DNA of 43,622 nt, taken from NCBI GenBank assembly GCA_964393095.1, contig CAYMSL010000002.1, positions 1 through 43,622 on the forward strand, in the 5' to 3' direction. The DNA comes from an uncultured Oscillospiraceae bacterium. GTDB lineage: Bacteria; Bacillota; Clostridia; Christensenellales; CAG-138. The notes below the pieces were generated by a model. It did no database searches. It had not been told where the DNA came from and saw only the letters and a list, made by a program, of their open reading frames with translations. Position 1 is the stretch's first letter, and each line of letters opens with the position of its first letter. The position numbers were made by a program, and so were the translations under genes. Positions 16,862 to 28,567 of this stretch are shown here, piece by piece.

Positions 16862-18153
16862 GACGTGTGTTTGCGGCAATCTTGGTTGCGGTCGCATTGG
16901 CTGCGCTGTTGCCCGTGCGGCCGGCGCGGGCGGAGGCGGCGCAGGCGCTCCTCGTCTATGAAGACGAGGAGCAGCGCAACGTGCTTAGCGGCCTCATCGA
17001 GGCCTGCGGGCTAAGGGTTGCGGCGGTTCGGGCGGGCGATTATATGGAAGGGCTGGCCGCGGGATATCCGTATGTGGTGCTTGGAAACGCCGGGCCGCTC
17101 AACGACGTGCTCAACCTCGGCAAGCGGGTCGTCTGCATCGGCGATTCGTTTGAGAGCATGCCGGGCGGCGAGGTGCGCGTGCTTCGGCAGGCGGTGCGCG
17201 CAAAGCTTTCGGCGTGCGGCAACAACCAGTCGGCGCTGCTTAAGCCGGGTACGCCGTATATCGCGGGTTACGGCGGGGAGACGATCGGCAGCGTGACGAT
17301 CCACGGCCAGGAATACCCGCTCTGTACCGTCGGCGAGACGATTTTTTACGCGCCCTATCTCAACGGCAACGATCTTTCGCTCTTTGCCGCGGCGCAATTG
17401 CTCAAGCGGTATTTCGGCTTGCCGGAGGGCGGTAAGCTGTATGTATTGGTGGATGCGGTGACCCCGTTCCACGACGCGTCCATGCTCGAGCGTACGGCGC
17501 GGCGCCTGTATGAAAACGGCATTCCCTTTATCATGAGCTTAATGCCCGTCTATTACAACACCGGCTATCCATCCTTTACGCGCTATACGGATGCGCTGAG
17601 GTACATACAGTCTCTGAGCGGTTCGTTTGTGCTCCATGAGCCGATCGTTACCGGCAACGAGCTTGTGGGCGACGACCTTGAAACGCGCATGAACAAGGCG
17701 CGCGCGGCTTTTAAAGAAAACGGCGTGCATGTCTTTAGCGCCGAGGCGTTTCCCTACCGGGTTCCCTTGGCGCTGCTTGAGGCGGTTGAACCGGTCGATG
17801 AGGTATTTATCCGCATGCCGCTCGATATGGCGGCCACATTCGACGTGCCGGGCGACGAGGATTCGCTCGACGCCGCGATCGGGTTTGTGCAGCGAAACCG
17901 CCTGCAGTTCGGGGATTACCGGCGCTTTTTTACAAACGCGTCGTATTCCTATATGGAGGAGCCGCCCGAAGAGGATTTTGTCTACCGTAAAAAAGAGGAG
18001 TCCCGCTATGCGTTCCTCGTCAACGCCGGCAATCGCATGCTGCTTGCCGTCGTGCTCCTCAGCGCCGCCCTGATCATCGGGCTGATGCTGCGGGGTCGGC
18101 GCTTGTACCGGGAGAAGTTTTTCCGCGAAAAACCCGCGCGAAAGGGGGAGTGA
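16855..18153 (+). CDS. Exported DUF2334-like (polysaccharide-deacetylase-fold, YdaL-like) protein with a C-terminal TM anchor
   Basis: GTG 16855 overlaps the upstream stop by 7 nt. Signal peptide AAILVAVALAALLPVRPARAEA. The block LYVLVDAVTPFHDASMLERTARRLYENGIPFIMSLMPVYYN resembles the DUF2334 core (R.EDVsp......l..i...L...giPf.iavIP.y.n). C-terminal TM helix MLLAVVLLSAALIIGLML. Confidence 0.55.
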   Translation: MLRRVFAAILVAVALAALLPVRPARAEAAQALLVYEDEEQRNVLSGLIEACGLRVAAVRAGDYMEGLAAGYPYVVLGNAGPLNDVLNLGKRVVCIGDSFESMPGGEVRVLRQAVRAKLSACGNNQSALLKPGTPYIAGYGGETIGSVTIHGQEYPLCTVGETIFYAPYLNGNDLSLFAAAQLLKRYFGLPEGGKLYVLVDAVTPFHDASMLERTARRLYENGIPFIMSLMPVYYNTGYPSFTRYTDALRYIQSLSGSFVLHEPIVTGNELVGDDLETRMNKARAAFKENGVHVFSAEAFPYRVPLALLEAVEPVDEVFIRMPLDMAATFDVPGDEDSLDAAIGFVQRNRLQFGDYRRFFTNASYSYMEEPPEEDFVYRKKEESRYAFLVNAGNRMLLAVVLLSAALIIGLMLRGRRLYREKFFREKPARKGE

Positions 18154-18157
18154 ACGC

Positions 18158-19402
18158 ATGCTGGTTGATCCGCTCGGGCTGATCTCGCTCATCTGCATCT
18201 GGTTTTTGCTCATGGTCAACCAGATTCTCGTGGTTGCGGGCTATATCTACTATATGCATGAGGAAAAAGCCGCGCCGAAGCAGCTTACGCGCCACCCGTA
18301 TTTGAGCGTTCTCGTGCCTGCGCACAACGAGGAAAAGGTGATCGTGCGCACCGTCGAATCGCTGCTTGCTTTCGACTACCCGCCCGATCGCTATGAGATC
18401 ATCGTCATCAACGACAACTCGTCCGATGGGAGCCGCGAACTGCTCGAAGGCGTTCAAGCGGCGCACCCGCAGCGCGCGCTGCACATCATCCATACGGACG
18501 CCGTGACGGGCGGCAGGGGCAAGTCCAACGCGCTCAACATCGGTTTTCGCGCCGCACTCGGCAGCTATGTGGCGGTGTACGACGCGGACAACACGCCCGA
18601 GGCGGACGCGCTAAGCCGCCTTGTGGCCGAGATCGAAAGCGACCCCACGCTCGGGGCCGTGATCGGCAAATTCCGCACGCGCAACCGAAACGTCAACCTG
18701 CTCACGCGCTTTATCAACATCGAGACGCTCTCGTTCCAGTGGATGGCGCAGGCGGGCAGATGGCAGCTCCTGGAACTCTGCACGATACCCGGCACAAACT
18801 TTCTCATACGCCGCTCAATCCTCGACGCAATCGGCGGCTGGGACGTGTGCGCGATGGCGGAGGACACCGAGCTGAGCTTTCGCATCTACGCGATGGGCTA
18901 CAAGATCAAGCTCGTGCCGCGCGCCGTGACCTGGGAGCAGGAGCCGCAGACGCTTAAGGTCTGGTTTCAGCAGCGGGTGCGCTGGGTCAAGGGCAACCTC
19001 TATGTGCTCTTCAAGAACTTCCCCCTGCTTTTTCGTAAAAAGGCGCAGCGCATCAAGTTTGACCTATTGTACTTTATGTCGATCTACTTTTTGCTGCTCG
19101 GGGCGCTCGTGACCTCCGACGCGCTGTTTTTACTCAACGCGCTCGGATTGATTCGTCTGACGCTCGTGAGCCTGAGTATATTCCTCTGGCTTATGGCGAT
19201 CTTCCTCTTCGTCATCAGCGTGTTTGTTACGCTGACGACCGAAAAGGGGGAGATGCGCCTGTCAAACCTGTTTATCACCGTGCTCATGTACTTTACGTAC
19301 TGCAAACTATGGATGGTGGTAGCCGCCTACGGGCTTGGGCGGTATCTTTTGGACGCACTGTTTAGGAAGGAATTTCACTGGTACAAGACGGAACGCTTCT
19401 AG
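18158..19402 (+). CDS. Processive family-2 glycosyltransferase (polysaccharide synthase, YdaM/PgaC/BcsA-like catalytic core without a PilZ domain)
   Basis: AAGGGGGAG RBS. One N-terminal TM segment. Motifs VPAHNEE, INDNSSDGS, YDADN (DxD), PGTN, AEDTEL and QQRVRW (QxxRW). About four C-terminal TM helices follow. The protein ends right after the membrane domain. Confidence 0.85.
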   Translation: MLVDPLGLISLICIWFLLMVNQILVVAGYIYYMHEEKAAPKQLTRHPYLSVLVPAHNEEKVIVRTVESLLAFDYPPDRYEIIVINDNSSDGSRELLEGVQAAHPQRALHIIHTDAVTGGRGKSNALNIGFRAALGSYVAVYDADNTPEADALSRLVAEIESDPTLGAVIGKFRTRNRNVNLLTRFINIETLSFQWMAQAGRWQLLELCTIPGTNFLIRRSILDAIGGWDVCAMAEDTELSFRIYAMGYKIKLVPRAVTWEQEPQTLKVWFQQRVRWVKGNLYVLFKNFPLLFRKKAQRIKFDLLYFMSIYFLLLGALVTSDALFLLNALGLIRLTLVSLSIFLWLMAIFLFVISVFVTLTTEKGEMRLSNLFITVLMYFTYCKLWMVVAAYGLGRYLLDALFRKEFHWYKTERF

Positions 19403-19420
19403 GCGAAAAGGAGAGACGAT

Positions 19421-21595
19421 ATGAGGAGAACGACGACGCTGCTATTGGCCATATGCGCGCTGGCGCTGATATGGCCGGTCAACGCGCAGGCCGCGGGCAT
19501 TGAGGCGGGAGGAGCGGCCCAAGGCGGCGCGCTGGCCGAAACGGAGGAGGAAACGGGGCAGCCGGAAACGGCGGCGCCCGCCGTAAGCACCGCACCGCCT
19601 GTGCTGCAACTGCAGGAGGGCGGCTATGTTTCGACGACGCCCTTTGGCGCGGAGCATTACATGACGGGCCTTTTTTCAACGATCACCGAGGGGTTTAGCG
19701 TCGGCGACTGGACGATAGCGGACGCGCTGCTGACATTGAGCCTTTCGACGACGCAGCTGGCCTCGGAGTACCTCTCCACGCTCACAATTTCGATCAACGG
19801 CGTGCGCTTTTACTCGGAAACCGTACCGCCAAGCGACGGGCTGAGGCGGGAGCTGGCCGTGAGAATCCCCGTCGAGCACATCGTTGGCGGCTATAACGTG
19901 ATCGGGATCGAAGGCTACATCCGCACGTATAACGGCCTTCCGTGCGTGGACGACGTGACCAATGCAAACTGGCTCAACGTCTTTAGCGAATCGCTCGTTG
20001 AGGTTTCTTATACGCCGAACGCCGCATGCAGGACGATCGGGGAATTCTACGACTGCTTTACTTCGATCGACGCGCTCGAAAACAGCCAGAGCGCGGTGAT
20101 CGTGCCGACGGATTTTGACGACGACGAACTTGCGGCCGCCTTTGTCACGCTTGCGGGCGTCTCTAAACAGGCCACAAAGAGCTACCGCAACATCGAGCTG
20201 CTCGCGGCCGACAGCCTGAAAGCGGCGGCGGACAGGAAGTATATCATCTGCATCGCGAAGCCCGGCTGGCTGCCGGCGGAGCTGCAAACGCCGCTTGCCG
20301 AGGCCGGCGGCACGGGAGGCGAGATGGCGACGCTGCTATTCGTACCCGGTACGCCGAACGTGCTCATCGTGACGGCGGAGGACGGTGCGGGACTCAAAAA
20401 AGCTGCGGCGGCGCTCGCCAATGCGGCGTTCATGCGCCAGATGACGGGGCCGCTCAAGCGCATCGGCGTGAACGAGGACGTTCTGATGAGAACGGCGGGT
20501 GTCGCGCAATATACCGCGCTTACCGAAAACGGCACCTACCTCGACGGCGCCTTCCGGCAGGAGGCGGCCTACTTCATCGACTTTGCGAACAACCGCAAGC
20601 TCGCCTCCGGCAGCGAGATCGAACTCGTGTTTCGCTATTCGAAAAACCTCGATTTTGACCGCTCGCTCGTGACGGTATACGTTAACGACGTGCCCGTTGG
20701 CAGCAGAAAACTCTCGGCGGAGCGGGCGGACGGCGACCGCCTCGTGCTGAGCATACCGACCGACGCCGAAACGACGGGCAGCTTTACGCTGAAGGCGGCC
20801 TTCGACCTTGAGATCAAAGACCTTTGGTGCACGCTTCGCCAGGGCGAGACGCCATGGGCGTACATCTCGCCCGAATCGACGCTCCGGCTCAACTCCGCCG
20901 AAACGCCGTACTATCTCTTTGAAAACTACCCGTATCCGTTTGTTTCGGACGGCGCGTTCAACCGCCTTGTGCTCGTGCTGCCGCAGAGCAACGCGGCCGT
21001 CGATCTTGCCCTGACGGGCAGATTGATGCTTACGCTCGGACGCTTTATCAAATACAACACCGGCGAGCTAAGCGTCGTGCGCGCGTCGCAGCCGGGCAGT
21101 CTCGAGGGCAAAAATGTGATCGCGCTCGGCACGCCCGGCAACAACGCCGTGATCAAAGGCCTCAACGAACATCTGTATTTCCGCTTCGACGAAACGGGCG
21201 GCGCGATACAATCCAACGAGAAGCTGCTCATCGAGGCAAACTATGGGCGTACGCTTGCAAGTGCGCAGCTCATCGAATCGCCGTATTCGACAGACGAGCG
21301 AAACGCGATACTCGTCCTGGCGAGCGCCGACGGGGCCGACCTTGGCAAGGCGCTTACCCGCTTTGGCGATACGGCGGAACTCTGGAAACTCTATGGAGAC
21401 GGCTTTGTGACCGACGGCGAAGCGCTGATGCAATACCGCTTCAAGCAGGAGAACGCGAAAGCGTTGCGCAGCGGCGACCGGCTCGGCGAACGCTCCGACG
21501 TAAGACGGCTGCTTTGCATCGCGCTTGCGGCGGCGCTGCTGCTGGCGACAGCCGCCGTATTGCTGTTTGTCCGCTACAGGAGGAAGGTCAAATGA
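19421..21595 (+). CDS. BcsB-like (YdaN-like) synthase partner protein
   Basis: AAAGGAGAG RBS. Signal peptide MRRTTTLLLAICALALIWPVNAQA. A ~680-aa extracytoplasmic region follows. A single C-terminal TM anchor LLCIALAAALLLATAAVLLFVRYRRK matches BcsB topology. Size and position next to the GT2 synthase support the call. Confidence 0.65.
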   Translation: MRRTTTLLLAICALALIWPVNAQAAGIEAGGAAQGGALAETEEETGQPETAAPAVSTAPPVLQLQEGGYVSTTPFGAEHYMTGLFSTITEGFSVGDWTIADALLTLSLSTTQLASEYLSTLTISINGVRFYSETVPPSDGLRRELAVRIPVEHIVGGYNVIGIEGYIRTYNGLPCVDDVTNANWLNVFSESLVEVSYTPNAACRTIGEFYDCFTSIDALENSQSAVIVPTDFDDDELAAAFVTLAGVSKQATKSYRNIELLAADSLKAAADRKYIICIAKPGWLPAELQTPLAEAGGTGGEMATLLFVPGTPNVLIVTAEDGAGLKKAAAALANAAFMRQMTGPLKRIGVNEDVLMRTAGVAQYTALTENGTYLDGAFRQEAAYFIDFANNRKLASGSEIELVFRYSKNLDFDRSLVTVYVNDVPVGSRKLSAERADGDRLVLSIPTDAETTGSFTLKAAFDLEIKDLWCTLRQGETPWAYISPESTLRLNSAETPYYLFENYPYPFVSDGAFNRLVLVLPQSNAAVDLALTGRLMLTLGRFIKYNTGELSVVRASQPGSLEGKNVIALGTPGNNAVIKGLNEHLYFRFDETGGAIQSNEKLLIEANYGRTLASAQLIESPYSTDERNAILVLASADGADLGKALTRFGDTAELWKLYGDGFVTDGEALMQYRFKQENAKALRSGDRLGERSDVRRLLCIALAAALLLATAAVLLFVRYRRKVK

Positions 21596-22437
21596 AGCCG
21601 TTACGAAAGAACCTGCGCACGGATCTGGCCTTTCTTCTATTGCTCGGGCTGCTTTTCGCGTTTTGCGTGTTTTTTCTCGAGCAGCCCTATCGCATGGAGA
21701 ATTTTCTGCTCGCGGCGGCGGTGCTGATCGTGGTGCTGATCGCGTATTTTACAAACCTCACCGTTGGGCTTGCCGTCAATGCCGCGCTGATTCTGCTCTA
21801 TGGCGCCTATGTTGTGTTTCAGAGCCTTACGCGAGGCGTCGCGGTGCGATCGCATGTGTATTTCTGGCTTGTGATGTCGCCCGCGCTGACGACGGCCTTC
21901 TCGCTTTTTACGATGTCGTCGGCCGACCTGCAGGCGCGTACGATAGAACTGGAACAGAGGCTCGAGGCGAGCGCGACGCTCCACGAGGACACGAAGCTCA
22001 AAAACCTGCGGGCGTTTGAACACGACGCGCATATCTATCAAAGCATCGCGCGGCGCTACGGCCTCGACCTTGGCGTGCTGACGATTTGCTTTCAATATGA
22101 GAAAGAGCTTGAGCGGCTCTCCCATCGGGAGGGCATGCGCCGGGTGGTGCTGCGCGTAGCCGAGACGGTGAGGGCGGCCACACGCGCGGAGGACGAGCTG
22201 TATCAACTGGACGGGGACGAGATTACGTTCGCGCTGCTGCTGCTAACGAAGCAAGAGGGCGGCGTCGCGCTGCGCGCGCGCATTCGGGAGCAAATCGCGC
22301 AGATCGATACAAACGACATCCTCAATACGCGGCAACTGGTGCTGGATATGCGCCTGGGCCTCGCGTTTGACGACGGCACGGGAAACGCGCTTGAACTGCT
22401 GGCGGCCGCGAAGGATACGATGCAGTATGACGTGTAG
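21592..22437 (+). CDS. 4-TM degenerate GGDEF-domain protein with intact I-site (YdaK-like candidate c-di-GMP receptor)
   Basis: The start overlaps the upstream stop as ATGA (21592-21595). Four N-terminal hydrophobic helices. The GGDEF-fold landmarks are degenerate: TKLKNLRAFEHD replaces D.LT.L.NRRaf, LTICFQYEKE replaces the DxDhFK metal site, and DGDEI (22210-22224) replaces GGDEF. RAED (22183-22194) sits exactly five residues upstream, the canonical RxxD I-site spacing. Confidence 0.75.
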   Translation: MKPLRKNLRTDLAFLLLLGLLFAFCVFFLEQPYRMENFLLAAAVLIVVLIAYFTNLTVGLAVNAALILLYGAYVVFQSLTRGVAVRSHVYFWLVMSPALTTAFSLFTMSSADLQARTIELEQRLEASATLHEDTKLKNLRAFEHDAHIYQSIARRYGLDLGVLTICFQYEKELERLSHREGMRRVVLRVAETVRAATRAEDELYQLDGDEITFALLLLTKQEGGVALRARIREQIAQIDTNDILNTRQLVLDMRLGLAFDDGTGNALELLAAAKDTMQYDV

Positions 22438-23977
22438 GGCCGCGCGGCGGCGATGGCAGTCATGGGCCGTTTTCCCGGCATTTCTGCTGCTGATGGCGTG
22501 CACGGGGCAAGGCGCGCCGCAAGCCGCCGAAAGCGCTGTGCCCGAGGACGCGGCGGCCGTCGCGGCGGCGGATAGCGAATGGCACTACGAGGCGGAGGAG
22601 GCCGAGCGCTCCGATCTATGCCGCTATGCGCGCACGGAGGACGGCGGCTTTGTCGAGGCGGAGGACGGCGGCTATGTCGGCCTCTGGGCGGACAGCGCGT
22701 GCAGCCTGACCTTCCACGTGCTCGCGCCCGTCGACGGCGTGTACGAGCTGGATTTTCTCGCGGCCGCCTGCAAGACGGAAAGCTACGATACGGTACGCGT
22801 CAACGAGCGTACGCTTTACGAAGCGCTCCATATCGCGGCATCAACGCCCGGCAGCGCCACGATCAAGGCGCGCCTCAAAGAGGGCGGCAACACGGTAAGC
22901 GTATTCGCGGGCTGGGGCTGGTTTTACCTCGACCGTCTCAGCGTACGCCCGGGCGAAGGCATCTCCGACGACGTCTACCGCTCCGCGTTCCGGCTCTCGA
23001 ACAAAAACGCCTCCGCGAACGCCCGGCGGCTCATGCGCTATCTTGCCAGCGAGTATGGCGTACGCACGCTCTCCGGCCAGTACGCCTCCGAAGGCGGCAT
23101 AGATTCGCCGGAGGTGCGGGCGATCCACGCGCTGACGGGGAAATACCCGGCGATCCTCGGCTTTGATTTGATGGACTATTCGCCGAGCCGGGTGATGCGC
23201 GGCGCGCAGACAAAGCAGGTCGACGACGCGCTCGCCTGGGCGAATCAAGGCGGTATCGTCGCGCTGATCTGGCACTGGAACGCGCCGAAAGACCTCGTCG
23301 ATTCCGCCGGTCAGCCCTGGTGGCGCGGGTTCTACACCGAGGCCACGACGTTTGACCTCGACGCGGCGCTCAATGGGCGCGACCCTGCGGGCTACCGGCT
23401 GATCTTGCGCGATCTTGACGCGATCGCCGAGGCGCTCAAGCCGCTTGCGGCCGCGGACGTACCCGTATTGTGGCGGCCGCTCCACGAGGCAAGCGGCGGC
23501 TGGTTTTGGTGGGGCGCATACGGGGCCGACAACTACATCGCGCTCTGGCGGCTCATGTACGAGCGCTTTACCCGCATGCACGGCCTCGACAACCTGCTCT
23601 GGGTCTACAACGGGCAGGACGCGGCCTGGTATCCGGGCGACGCGTACGTCGACCTCATCGGCGAGGACGTCTATACGGCGCCGCGGGACTACGAAAGCCA
23701 CTATAACCGCTTCGAACGGGCGCTTTCCTATACCGATGTGCCGAAGATCATCGGTCTTTCGGAAAACGGCGCGATTCCCGACCCGGAACTGCTCGCGGCG
23801 GACAACGCGCGCTGGTCGTTTTTTATCACCTGGTGCGAGCGCTACGCCGTCGATGCGGAAAGCGGCGCCATTTCGGATGTGTATAACGACCTCGCGCACT
23901 GGAAAAGGGTCTACGAAGACGAGGCCGTCGTCACGCTCGACGAGCTGCCGCGTCGTGCGTTTTACTTGCCGGGTTGA
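22427..23977 (+). CDS. Lipoprotein with an N-terminal CBM6/35-like module and a GH26 (beta-mannanase family) catalytic domain
   Basis: ATG 22427 overlaps the upstream gene by 11 nt. Lipobox FLLLMAC. CBM-like pattern WHYEAEEAE....GGYVG....[17 protein letters not shown]....GGNTVSV....YLDRLSV. GH26 signatures [24 protein letters not shown] (acid/base HE) and IIGLSENG (candidate nucleophile). Confidence 0.8.
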   Translation: MTCRAARRRWQSWAVFPAFLLLMACTGQGAPQAAESAVPEDAAAVAAADSEWHYEAEEAERSDLCRYARTEDGGFVEAEDGGYVGLWADSACSLTFHVLAPVDGVYELDFLAAACKTESYDTVRVNERTLYEALHIAASTPGSATIKARLKEGGNTVSVFAGWGWFYLDRLSVRPGEGISDDVYRSAFRLSNKNASANARRLMRYLASEYGVRTLSGQYASEGGIDSPEVRAIHALTGKYPAILGFDLMDYSPSRVMRGAQTKQVDDALAWANQGGIVALIWHWNAPKDLVDSAGQPWWRGFYTEATTFDLDAALNGRDPAGYRLILRDLDAIAEALKPLAAADVPVLWRPLHEASGGWFWWGAYGADNYIALWRLMYERFTRMHGLDNLLWVYNGQDAAWYPGDAYVDLIGEDVYTAPRDYESHYNRFERALSYTDVPKIIGLSENGAIPDPELLAADNARWSFFITWCERYAVDAESGAISDVYNDLAHWKRVYEDEAVVTLDELPRRAFYLPG

Positions 23978-24000
23978 ATAGAACAAGATCGTGGAGGGCT

Positions 24001-24401
24001 ATGAGGAAAGCGCTGCTGGTATTCGGCACAAGACCCGAGGCGGTTAAAATGTGCCCGCTTGTCAACGAACTGAGGCGGCGGGCGGGCATTACCGCCGTCG
24101 TATGCGTGCCGGCAAGGGCATATCTTGTGCTGACCGACAGCGGCGGCGTGCAGGAGGAGGCAACTTCGCTTGGCAAACCTACGCTCGTGCTGCGCGCGAC
24201 CACCGAGCGCCCGAGGGCATCGCCGCGGGGACGCTGAAGCTTGTGGATACCGAAACAGAGGATATCCGCCGCGCTTGTATGCGCCTACTGACCTCCGCGG
24301 AGGCCTGCCGGCACATGAGCGTGACGGCAAACCCCTACGGCGACGGCTTTGCTTCACGGCGGATCGCCGATATCCTCGAGCGTGGAGAAGATTGGATATA
24401 G
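24001..24401 (+). pseudogene. wecB: UDP-N-acetylglucosamine 2-epimerase (wecB/mnaA) relic: large internal deletion plus a frameshift
   Basis: ATG 24001 after GTGGAGGG. The first 36 aa [36 protein letters not shown] form the WecB N-terminus. At about 24105-24115 they join directly to the C-terminal block [30 protein letters not shown]. The reading frame then shifts near 24211-24214 (cgcccgagggc where ccggagggc is expected). It continues as [11 protein letters not shown]...NPYGDGFASRRIADIL. About 230 central residues of a normal ~380-aa enzyme are missing. Confidence 0.8.
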
Positions 24402-24427
24402 CGCGCGGCGGCCAAGGCGTCCGCGGC

Positions 24428-24472
24428 AAAAAGACCTCCCGGCGGGCCGAAACCCTGCCGGAAGGTCTTTTT
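24428..24472. terminator. Bidirectional intrinsic terminator between the wecB relic and the P-type ATPase gene
   Basis: AAAAAGACCTCCCGGC pairs with GCCGGAAGGTCTTTTT (one mismatch). The A-run and T-run flanks allow it to terminate both convergent transcripts. Confidence 0.8.
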
Positions 24473-24486
24473 CATGTGAAAACGGT

Positions 24487-27207
<2,721 letters not shown>

Positions 27208-27456
27208 GGAATCCTACCTTTCTTGTGCGTTGAACTGGATGCCGGATACGACGATACGCTCGTTGATCCGGCTGCCCGGCGCCGCGGCCGGGAGTATGAC
27301 TGCCGTATGTGGAACCTGTTTGAATTTACTTCCACCTTACATTTTTTTTGGTCGTCTGTCCAGACCTGCGCCGATGTTTGCGCGGAAAAATTTGCGGAAT
27401 GATTCAAAGGCAAACGCCGCCGCGGCGGAATTTCGGCTTCCACGCGCCGCCGGACG

Positions 27457-27465
27457 TGATACAAT
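27457..27465 (+). promoter_or_regulatory. Candidate extended -10 promoter (TGaTACAAT) for the isomerase gene
   Basis: TGATACAAT lies 52 nt upstream of ATG 27517. No good -35 was found. Confidence 0.3.
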
Positions 27466-27516
27466 GATAGAAACAGCGCTGCCGCGGCAGGATCGCCGGA
27501 TAAGGAGAACATCGCG

Positions 27517-28434
27517 ATGAAGGAATCCATCCACAAGTATTTCAAAGTTGGGCTGATCAGCTTTATGGCGTACCCGCAGAGCATGCGCGGGACGGACGAA
27601 AACGTACTTACGTTCTTGAAGAAAACGGCGGCGGACGACTACTTCGACGCCGTCGAGGTGACGTGGATACGCGACGGCGCGCTGCGCCGGAAAGCGGCGG
27701 AGCTGCTTCGATGCGCGCACATGACTATCTGTTACGGCGCGCAGCCGCGGCTTTTGACAACGGGCCTCAACCCCAACGACCTCGAAGAGGCGGGGCGCAG
27801 CGCGGCGGAGCAGACGCTGCTCGAAGCCATCGACGAGGCCGAGGCGCTTGGCAGCAAGGGCATCGCGTTTCTCGCCGGCAGGTGGACAGAGGAGACGAAA
27901 GAGCAGGCGTATCGGCAGCTTTTAAAGACCACGCGTAACCTTTGCGCCTATGCCAAAACAAAGGGCATGATGGTCGAGCTTGAGGTGTTCGATTACGACA
28001 TTGCCAAGCGCTCGCTCATCGGGCCCGCGCCGTACGCGGCGCAGTTTGCGGCGGACGTGCGCAGAACATACGATAATTTCGGGTTGCTCGTCGATCTTTC
28101 GCACATACCCATGACCCGCGAGGACAGCGCGTTCGTCGTGCGTACGCTGCGGCCGTATCTGACGCATTTCCACATCGGCAACACGGTTTGCCAGGACCCT
28201 GCCGCCGAAGGCTACGGCGACGAACACCAGCGCTTCGGCTTCCCCTGCGGCAGCAACGATACCGGCGAGGTGCTCGGCTTCCTGCGCGCGCTCAAAGCCG
28301 AGGGCTTTTTCAACGCGGAGCAGCCCTATGTGCTCTCCTTCGAGGTCAAGCCCTGGCACGACGAGGATTCCGACCTTGTGGTCGCGAATGCCAAGCGCGT
28401 GCTCAACCGCGCGTGGGCGCTGCTCGAGGACTAG
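27517..28434 (+). CDS. Sugar phosphate isomerase/epimerase (xylose-isomerase-like TIM barrel family)
   Basis: AAGGAG RBS (27501-27506). The length and the alternating pattern with conserved E/D/H positions (MVELEVFDYD, LLVDLSHIP, THFHIGN) are typical of the AP-endonuclease-2/xylose-isomerase-like fold. The substrate is unknown. Confidence 0.6.
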   Translation: MKESIHKYFKVGLISFMAYPQSMRGTDENVLTFLKKTAADDYFDAVEVTWIRDGALRRKAAELLRCAHMTICYGAQPRLLTTGLNPNDLEEAGRSAAEQTLLEAIDEAEALGSKGIAFLAGRWTEETKEQAYRQLLKTTRNLCAYAKTKGMMVELEVFDYDIAKRSLIGPAPYAAQFAADVRRTYDNFGLLVDLSHIPMTREDSAFVVRTLRPYLTHFHIGNTVCQDPAAEGYGDEHQRFGFPCGSNDTGEVLGFLRALKAEGFFNAEQPYVLSFEVKPWHDEDSDLVVANAKRVLNRAWALLED

Positions 28435-28567
28435 CGGGAAAAGGAGAAGAGCCGCTTCGGTCCCGGGGGCGCGGGGGAGATGGCCTGAGGTTTTGCGGAG
28501 GGCAAGCCATCCCGCAATTTTGCCGCGGGGGCTTGCGCGCGTTCTGTTTTTTGCCGCGAAGCGCGGC

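Noticed and set aside
27208-27400. Possible metal-sensing (yybP-ykoY-type) riboswitch in the leader of the P-type ATPase gene
   Set aside because: I looked for the conserved GGGGAGUAG-type and related blocks on the minus strand and did not find them. The only GGGAGTA-like string is on the wrong strand.
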